64,000 nt of DNA, taken from positions 6,821 through 70,820 of the forward strand of contig UQOS01000003.1 of the NCBI GenBank assembly GCA_900542735.1. Direction: 5' to 3'. Shown here one piece after another: positions 57,720 to 64,000 of this stretch. Origin of the DNA: an uncultured Mycoplasmatota bacterium (GTDB lineage Bacteria; Bacillota_I; Bacilli_A; RF39; UBA660). The notes beneath the pieces are model-generated. The model had not been told where the DNA came from. It made no database searches and saw only the letters and a program-made list of their open reading frames with translations. Positions within the stretch are counted from its first letter, which is position 1; the number at the start of each line of letters is the position of its first letter. A program made the position numbers and the translations under genes.

Positions 57720-58742
57720 ATGAAAAATTTAAAGAAAAACAGTATTATTTTATTAATTATAACTTTTGTAGTTTTAGTATGTGTCCTAAAAGATGATTTT
57801 CCTAGTATTATTGAAACTCTAAAAAATGCTAATTTCTTCTGGATAGTAATCGCATTATTATGTTTTTTTATAGCAATTGCCTTTGAAGCAAGAGCTTATC
57901 AAGAAATTATACAAGGCTATGCATATAAGTATCAGTTTAAACAAGCCTATAAAATGCTATTAATTACGAAATTTTTTAACGGAATTACTCCCTTTTCTTC
58001 TGGTGGTCAACCTATGCAAATTTACATGTTAAAAAAAGATGGCGTGAGATTAACAAAAGCTACTAATATCATTATTCAAAACTTTATTATCTACCAAGCA
58101 GCCTTAGTAGCCTTTGGTCTAATCGCAATTATTATTAACTATTATTTAGAACTATTTACTGATATCACTTTATTAAAACAACTAGTAACCATAGGATTTA
58201 TAGTTAATACTCTAGTTATGGTAGGATTAATTATCATAAGTTTTAGTAGTAAATTTAATCACTTTATGATTCAAAAAGGGATTTCTATTTTAAGTAAACT
58301 AAAACTAGTAAAAAATAAAGAAGAAAAGCAAAAAGAATGGCGTGAAAAAGTAGATGACTTTCATGAAGGAGCAATTTACTTAAGACAGAATAAAGGTTTA
58401 TGTATTAGAACCTTTATCTATAATATTATTTATTTATTTTTAACTTATTTAATGCCATATTTCGTAATACTAGCCCTAGCAAAAAAAGAAGTAAACATCA
58501 CGCCACTAACATCTATTTGTGCATCAGCTTATGTCCTAATTATAGGTTCATTTGTTCCAATTCCAGGAGCAAGTGGTGGTATTGAATTTGGTTACTTAAA
58601 ATTCTTTGGTAATTTTGTAACAGGTTCACTACTAAAAGCATCACTATTAATATGGCGTAGTATTTCTTATTATCTACCAATGATAATAGGTGGAGTTTTA
58701 TTTAGTACAAATACTAGAAAGGAAGATATCAAATGCGAATAG
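57720..58742 (+). CDS. Flippase-like membrane protein (UPF0104 / lysyl-PG synthase TM-domain family)
   Basis: 340 aa, ~8 TM; family-typical motifs (FFNGITPFSSGGQPMQIYMLKK; IPGASGGIEFGY); stop overlaps next gene. Confidence 0.55.
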   Translation: MKNLKKNSIILLIITFVVLVCVLKDDFPSIIETLKNANFFWIVIALLCFFIAIAFEARAYQEIIQGYAYKYQFKQAYKMLLITKFFNGITPFSSGGQPMQIYMLKKDGVRLTKATNIIIQNFIIYQAALVAFGLIAIIINYYLELFTDITLLKQLVTIGFIVNTLVMVGLIIISFSSKFNHFMIQKGISILSKLKLVKNKEEKQKEWREKVDDFHEGAIYLRQNKGLCIRTFIYNIIYLFLTYLMPYFVILALAKKEVNITPLTSICASAYVLIIGSFVPIPGASGGIEFGYLKFFGNFVTGSLLKASLLIWRSISYYLPMIIGGVLFSTNTRKEDIKCE

Positions 58743-59977
58743 GAATATTTACAGAAACTTATACTCCATATATTAGTGGTTTAGTAACAAGTGAAGTTAT
58801 GTTAAAAAAAGGATTAGAAAAATTAGGACATGAAGTCTATGTAGTAACTGCTAATCTAGAAAGTTTTCATTATGAATATGATGAAGAAGAAAGAGTTTTA
58901 AAAGTACCAGGTATTCCTACAGGTATCTATGATTCTAGACTAACAGCAGTATACCCATTAAAAGCTGTAAATAAAATTAAAAGTTGGAATTTAGATATCA
59001 TACATTCTCAAACAGAATTTGCAATAGGAACATTTGCTAGAATCCTAGCTTATCAGTTAGATATTCCACTAGTGCACACTTATCACACTATGTATGAAGA
59101 TTATATTCACTATATTACGAAAGGTTATTTTGATAAATCTAGCAAAAAAATAGTAGAATATTTAACTCTATTTTACTGTGATAAAACAGCTACTGAGTTA
59201 ATTGTACCTACTAAAAAAACTTATGACTTATTTAAAGAAAAGTATCAAGTAGATAGAAATATTCATATCATTCCAACCGGAATTGAACTAGAGCGTTTTT
59301 ATACAGAAAATATTGATAAAAAGAAATTAGCTAGTATCAAAAGAAAAGAAAAAATAACTAAAGATGACTTTATCGCTATCTTTATTGGTAGATTAGCACA
59401 AGAAAAAAATGTAGTATTCTTATTAGATGTTATGAAAGATTTGGTACCTAGTCTTCCTAAATTAAAATTATTAATTGTTGGTGATGGTCCCGACTATGAC
59501 TTATATAAAGAAATCATAGAAAAAGACCATTTAGAAAATAATGTAATTATGACTGGAAAAGTAGCCTGGGAAGAAGTACCATATTATTATCATTTATCAG
59601 ATATCTTCTTAACAGCATCTCATACAGAAACACAAGGGTTAACAGTAATTGAAGCAATGGCATCTAGTGTAGTACCAATTTGTATTGATGATGAAAGTTT
59701 TAAAAATACCGTAATTGATGGCTTGAATGGTAGAATATTTAATAATGAAAAAGAGTGTAAAGAAATTATTACAGAGTTATATAATGATAGCGAGTTAACC
59801 AAAAAATTATCTAATCAAGCTAGAATAAACTCTGATAGATTTAGTGCTAAATACTTTGCTGAATCTGTACTTGATGTATATAAATATGCAATTGAACATA
59901 AAAAAAATCGTCACTCTTTAATTAATAAATTTGTAGATAAAGTAAAAGGTAATAAAGATGAAGTGGATAATAAATAA
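58733..59977 (+). CDS. GT4-family glycosyltransferase (likely glycolipid/diacylglycerol glycosyltransferase)
   Basis: GT-B GT4 motifs: N-terminal IGIFTETYTPYISG, C-terminal EX7E region (SHTETQGLTVIEAMASSVVPIC). Confidence 0.75.
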   Translation: MRIGIFTETYTPYISGLVTSEVMLKKGLEKLGHEVYVVTANLESFHYEYDEEERVLKVPGIPTGIYDSRLTAVYPLKAVNKIKSWNLDIIHSQTEFAIGTFARILAYQLDIPLVHTYHTMYEDYIHYITKGYFDKSSKKIVEYLTLFYCDKTATELIVPTKKTYDLFKEKYQVDRNIHIIPTGIELERFYTENIDKKKLASIKRKEKITKDDFIAIFIGRLAQEKNVVFLLDVMKDLVPSLPKLKLLIVGDGPDYDLYKEIIEKDHLENNVIMTGKVAWEEVPYYYHLSDIFLTASHTETQGLTVIEAMASSVVPICIDDESFKNTVIDGLNGRIFNNEKECKEIITELYNDSELTKKLSNQARINSDRFSAKYFAESVLDVYKYAIEHKKNRHSLINKFVDKVKGNKDEVDNK

Positions 59978-60620
59978 TTATAAAGATAATTTCGTAGAAG
60001 AATCTTATCTAAATAAATTAAGTAAAAAAAACTATAAAAATATAAAACTAATTCTTTGCCCTAATGATAAACAGTTATCTTTATTTAAAACTAATTGTTT
60101 CATATTAGGAAGTCAGGATATGGAATATTATTATCAAATAGAAGATTTAGTAAAACATGGAGTAAAATATACTATTCTAGGACATTCTGATACTAGAAAA
60201 AAATATAAAGAAACCAATGAAATCATTCATGAAAAAATAAAAAAACTAGTAAAAAATAATATCTGTCCTATTTTATGTATTGGAGAAGAAGAAAATAATA
60301 ATGTAAAAGAAGTAATAGATAAAGAATTAGAAGTATTAAAAGATATTAAACTAGATAATATTATGATAGCTTATGAACCAGTTTGGGCAATTGGAACTGG
60401 GAAGATTCCTGATACTAAAAAATTAGAAGAAATCTTATTATATATAAAAGATAAAGTAGTATTACTATCAGGTATAAATCCTATTTTAATATATGGTGGT
60501 AGTGTAAATGAAAACACAATTGAAAAACTAAAGCATGTTAACTTAATAGATGGTTATTTAATAGGTAGTGCTAGTTTAAATATAAATAGTTTAGAAACAA
60601 TAATTGAGGTGGTAAAATGA
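59958..60620 (+). CDS. tpiA: Triosephosphate isomerase-like protein, short and divergent
   Basis: 220 aa (about 30 shorter than typical); retains LGHSDTRK (His loop), AYEPVWAIGTGK (catalytic Glu) and IYGGSV, but N-terminal Lys loop is divergent (WIINNYKDNF). Confidence 0.6.
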   Translation: MKWIINNYKDNFVEESYLNKLSKKNYKNIKLILCPNDKQLSLFKTNCFILGSQDMEYYYQIEDLVKHGVKYTILGHSDTRKKYKETNEIIHEKIKKLVKNNICPILCIGEEENNNVKEVIDKELEVLKDIKLDNIMIAYEPVWAIGTGKIPDTKKLEEILLYIKDKVVLLSGINPILIYGGSVNENTIEKLKHVNLIDGYLIGSASLNINSLETIIEVVK

Positions 60621-60784
60621 TAGCAAGTATTTTTAGTAATATATGGGATAATTTAACTAAATTTTCATCAGACTGTTATGATTTTATAATGGAACATTAT
60701 AGTGATCCTGTTTTTTGGATCGTGATAGTAGCGATATTAATACTAATCTGTTTTACTGCTATTTCAAATATAGCCAATAAATAA
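60617..60784 (+). CDS. Small membrane protein (55 aa, one TM), hypothetical
   Basis: Not in track; ATG overlaps tpi stop (ATGA); RBS GAGGTGG; sequence MIASIFSNIWDNLTKF...WIVIVAILILICFTAISNIANK. Confidence 0.3.
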   Translation: MIASIFSNIWDNLTKFSSDCYDFIMEHYSDPVFWIVIVAILILICFTAISNIANK

Positions 60785-60886
60785 CTAAATTCGACAAATC
60801 TTTACATATCTTGTCAATATTCGCTGTATCAATTTGTAGGATATTATTGTATAATTGTAAATGCGTGGAGTACGAAAGGAGAAAAA

Positions 60887-61660
60887 ATGAAAAAAATCAG
60901 AGTACTTATGATCGATGATAATATCGAGTTAGTAAGCATGATTAAGGAGTACTTTAATAATCACGCTAGTATTGAGATAGTATTAGAAGCAAATGATGGT
61001 GAAGAAGGACTTAGGTTAATTAGAAATAATCAGTCAGAGTATGATGTTATTATATTAGATTTAATTATGCCTAAAAGAGATGGATTATCTATATTAGAAG
61101 AAATAAAAAGAGAAGATATAGATAAAAAAATAATTATTCTAACTTCTTATAATGCTCAAGATATGATAAGAAAAGTATCAGAAATGGGAGTAAATTATTT
61201 TATATTAAAACCATTTGAACTTACAGATTTAGAAAGAAGAATTGAAGACTGTGGGGAAATAAAAGATTATTCCAATACTTCTATTGATATTTATCATAAT
61301 AATCTACAAATTTCTATTACTAAAATTCTTCATGAATTAGGAATACCTTCTCATATTAAAGGTTATCAATATATTAGAGAGGGAATCTCTATTTTATATG
61401 AAAAACCAGAAGTAATTGGTGGAATTACCAAAGAATTATACCCAGATATAGCAAGTAAATTTGATACAACAGTTTCTCGTGTAGAAAGAGCAATTCGTCA
61501 TGCAATTGAAGTAAGTTGGAATCGTGGCGACTGGGATTTAATGGAAGAAATATTTGGCCACAGTGTAGATATTGATAAAGCAAAACCTACAAATTCAGAA
61601 TTTATTGTGACTGTTGCTGATAAATTGAGACTAGAGTTTCAAAAAAACTATACAAAGTAA
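60887..61660 (+). CDS. spo0A: Sporulation master regulator Spo0A
   Basis: Receiver domain plus Spo0A-specific C-terminal domain ([15 protein letters not shown]...[35 protein letters not shown]). Confidence 0.95.
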   Translation: MKKIRVLMIDDNIELVSMIKEYFNNHASIEIVLEANDGEEGLRLIRNNQSEYDVIILDLIMPKRDGLSILEEIKREDIDKKIIILTSYNAQDMIRKVSEMGVNYFILKPFELTDLERRIEDCGEIKDYSNTSIDIYHNNLQISITKILHELGIPSHIKGYQYIREGISILYEKPEVIGGITKELYPDIASKFDTTVSRVERAIRHAIEVSWNRGDWDLMEEIFGHSVDIDKAKPTNSEFIVTVADKLRLEFQKNYTK

Positions 61661-61666
61661 ATAAAT

Positions 61667-61692
61667 GACTGAACTAGATTTCAGTCTTTTTA
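61667..61692 (+). terminator. Rho-independent terminator of spo0A
   Basis: GACTGAA-ctagat-TTCAGTC followed by TTTTTAT. Confidence 0.65.
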
Positions 61693-61833
61693 TATGAACT
61701 TTTTTAATATGAAAAAATATACTATTTATGAATTATAGCAAAAATAAACATAAAAATATTATAAATAAAAGCTTAGTGATATTGTTATTTAAAAGTTAGA
61801 ATGCTATAATTAACATGAAAGTGAGGTATAGAT

Positions 61834-63426
61834 ATGCAGGTTACCTATATAATGTTTCTAGTTTTCCTAGTTTATTTAATCGTAAAAGGAAAAAAAGCAT
61901 TGCATATGCTTCAACAAAATCTATATAATGAAAATAATAGATACTTAAAATGGATTTCAAATAATATCGCAACAGCATTTTTAAATTTAGATATCGTATC
62001 TTGTCTTTTCATAATAATAGGTTGTCTATTAAAAAATGATATTTTAATTATCTTATCAATAGCTATTTATGTAGTAGATATGATAAGAATCAAAAAAATA
62101 AGAGCAGAAGAACAAGTAAAAAAACCTCTAGTAATTACGGCTAGGGTAAAAAGATTATTAGTAACAATTTCAATTCTTTATTTAATTCCACTTGTAGTAA
62201 CACTATTAAATAATAATCTAAATTATAGTATGCTAATGGTATCATCTATTATGGTTTATTTAGAATATTTAGTTGTTTTATTAGCTAAAGTTATCAATAA
62301 GCCAGTAGAAAGATGTGTTTATTTAAAATACTATCATCAGGCACAAAAGAAATTAAAGTCAATGAGTAATCTATCTGTAATAGGAATTACAGGAAGTTAT
62401 GGTAAAACTAGTAGTAAAAATATTTTAAGTGATATTTTAAATGTAAAATATATAGCTAGACCAACTCCTAGAAATCTAAATACAGAGTATGGACTTATGA
62501 TTACAATCAATAATCATTTAGATAAATTTGATGATATATTAATTGCTGAAATGGGAGCATATAGACCAGGTGAAATTAAGAATTTATGCGATATGGTTCA
62601 CCCTAAATATGGTATTTTAACACGTGTTGGTACTGCCCATTTAGAAACTTTTAAAACAAGAGAAAATATTCAAAAAACAAAGTTTGAATTAATTGAATCC
62701 CTTCCTAGTGATGGGGTAGCCATTTTAAATAAAGATGACGAATGGCAAACAAGCTATCATCTAAAGAATAATGTAGAAGTAGTATGGATAGGAATTACGA
62801 ATCAAGATGCTGATGTTGTTGCATATAATATAAAGTGTAGTAATAAGGGAAGTACATTTGATATTAAATTTAAAGATGATGATAACTATTATCCATTTGA
62901 AACTAAATTATTAGGTAAAAACAATGTTTATAATATCTTAGCAAGTGTAGCTTTAGGTAAGAAATTAGGTATGAGTATTAATGAATTACAACAAGGTGTT
63001 AGAAAAGTAAGATCAATAGAACACCGTTTAGAGCTAAAAGACTTGGGTAATATTTATATGATAGATGATGCTTATAATTCTAATCCAGTTGGAGCAGAAA
63101 TGGCAGTTGAAGTATTAAAAATGATGCCAGGAACAAAAGTAGTTGTTACTCCAGGAATGATAGAACTTGGTGATAAACAAGAGGAATATAATGAAAAATT
63201 TGGTACAGAAATAGCTAGTGCTGCAGATTATGTAATATTAATAGGAAAAAATATTACGAAACCAATTTATAATGGATTAATAAAAGCTGGTTATAAAGAA
63301 GATAAAATATTTATTTTAAATAAGGTAGTAGATAGTTATCCATTAATTAATAAATTAAAAGAAAAAGATAAAGATATTTATGCACTATTTGAAAACGATT
63401 TGCCAGATAGTTATAACGAAGATTAA
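61834..63426 (+). CDS. murF: MurF-type UDP-MurNAc-tripeptide--D-Ala-D-Ala ligase with an atypical ~150-aa N-terminal polytopic membrane region
   Basis: Strong RBS GTGAGGT before ATG 61834. The first ~150 aa are hydrophobic (about 4 predicted TM helices). They are followed by the Mur ligase P-loop VIGITGSYGKTSSKN, the central domain and the MurF C-terminal motif IDDAYNSNP. The gene is followed by ddl. Confidence 0.75.
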   Translation: MQVTYIMFLVFLVYLIVKGKKALHMLQQNLYNENNRYLKWISNNIATAFLNLDIVSCLFIIIGCLLKNDILIILSIAIYVVDMIRIKKIRAEEQVKKPLVITARVKRLLVTISILYLIPLVVTLLNNNLNYSMLMVSSIMVYLEYLVVLLAKVINKPVERCVYLKYYHQAQKKLKSMSNLSVIGITGSYGKTSSKNILSDILNVKYIARPTPRNLNTEYGLMITINNHLDKFDDILIAEMGAYRPGEIKNLCDMVHPKYGILTRVGTAHLETFKTRENIQKTKFELIESLPSDGVAILNKDDEWQTSYHLKNNVEVVWIGITNQDADVVAYNIKCSNKGSTFDIKFKDDDNYYPFETKLLGKNNVYNILASVALGKKLGMSINELQQGVRKVRSIEHRLELKDLGNIYMIDDAYNSNPVGAEMAVEVLKMMPGTKVVVTPGMIELGDKQEEYNEKFGTEIASAADYVILIGKNITKPIYNGLIKAGYKEDKIFILNKVVDSYPLINKLKEKDKDIYALFENDLPDSYNED

Positions 63427-63440
63427 GGGAGATGTTTGAA

Positions 63441-64000
63441 ATGAAAATTAGATTAGGCGTTATTTTTGGTGGTGAAAGTGTAGAACATGAAGTAAGTATT
63501 ATTTCAGCTATACAAGCCATGAATAAAATGGATTCAGAAAAGTATGAAATTATTCCAATATATATCACGAAAGATAGACAGTGGTATACAGGCGAAATGT
63601 TAAAAGAAATAGAAACTTATAGCGATTTATCATTAATTAAAAGATATGCTAAAAATGTAGTATTATATGAAGATAATGGCAAGTTTGTATTACAGAATAA
63701 AAAAGGATTTAGAAGAATTGTAAAAGAAATCGATATGGTATTTCCAATTGTACATGGAACTAATGTAGAAGATGGTGTTTTGCAAGGCTACTTAGAATCA
63801 ATCGGTATTCCATTTGTAGGTGGAGATGTTTATGCATCAGCTGTAGGACAAGACAAAATCTTTATGAAAGAAATTTTTAGAGAAAATGATTTACCAGTTT
63901 GTGATTATGCATGGTTTTATGATACAGAATATGAAGATGATAATGAAAAAGTATTAGCCCGTGTTGAAAAGTTAACTTACCCAGTAATTATAAAACCAGC
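63441..64000 (+). CDS. ddl: D-alanine--D-alanine ligase (5' part; continues beyond window)
   Basis: MKIRLGVIFGGESVEHEVSIISA...; ATP-grasp Ddl N-terminus; RBS AAGGGAGA. Confidence 0.9.
   Translation, partial: MKIRLGVIFGGESVEHEVSIISAIQAMNKMDSEKYEIIPIYITKDRQWYTGEMLKEIETYSDLSLIKRYAKNVVLYEDNGKFVLQNKKGFRRIVKEIDMVFPIVHGTNVEDGVLQGYLESIGIPFVGGDVYASAVGQDKIFMKEIFRENDLPVCDYAWFYDTEYEDDNEKVLARVEKLTYPVIIKP

Noticed and set aside
1-64000. CRISPR arrays, rRNA/tRNA genes, integrases or transposases
   Set aside because: No regularly spaced direct repeats, no tRNA-like cloverleaf candidates, and no ORFs with recombinase or DDE motifs were seen anywhere in the window.

Overview
This window is very AT-rich (roughly 27% GC, estimated by eye) chromosomal DNA from a low-GC, spore-forming Firmicute. 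The gene set looks Bacilli/Erysipelotrichia-like: rpoE delta subunit, spoIIR, spoIIID-mbl, spo0A, whiA and yvcK are all present. Core synteny resembles Bacillus (argS, pta, prfA-prmC, murA, hpf-secA-...-prfB, ftsEX, uvrB...uvrA, lgt, trxB, yvcK-whiA, clpP, gap-pgk...tpi, spo0A, murF-ddl). Almost everything is on the + strand, consistent with a single replichore.

Features that stand out:
1. An agr-type quorum-sensing locus. The 41-aa AgrD-like precursor (20744..20869, minus strand) is absent from the ORF track. AgrB is adjacent, and a LytTR response regulator plus AgrC-like histidine kinase are encoded convergently on the other strand.
2. An accessory insertion hotspot of about 5.4 kb between secA and prfB. 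The secA SEC-C zinc-finger coding tail is present three times with synonymous divergence. It bounds tandem modules that carry an XRE regulator, a membrane protein, a KilA-N protein, a decayed RhuM gene, covarying palindromes and a perfect 21-bp hairpin.
3. A three-gene islet between uvrB and uvrA that begins with a radical-SAM/SPASM enzyme translationally coupled to uvrB.
4. prfB with its classical programmed +1 frameshift site (GGAGGT..CTT TGA C); the ORF track shows only the downstream frame.
5. A MurF whose N-terminal substrate-binding domain appears replaced by a polytopic membrane domain.
6. A gap-pgk...tpi cluster interrupted by a flippase-like membrane protein and a GT4 glycosyltransferase, followed by a short, divergent TPI.

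No rRNA, tRNA or CRISPR arrays were seen.
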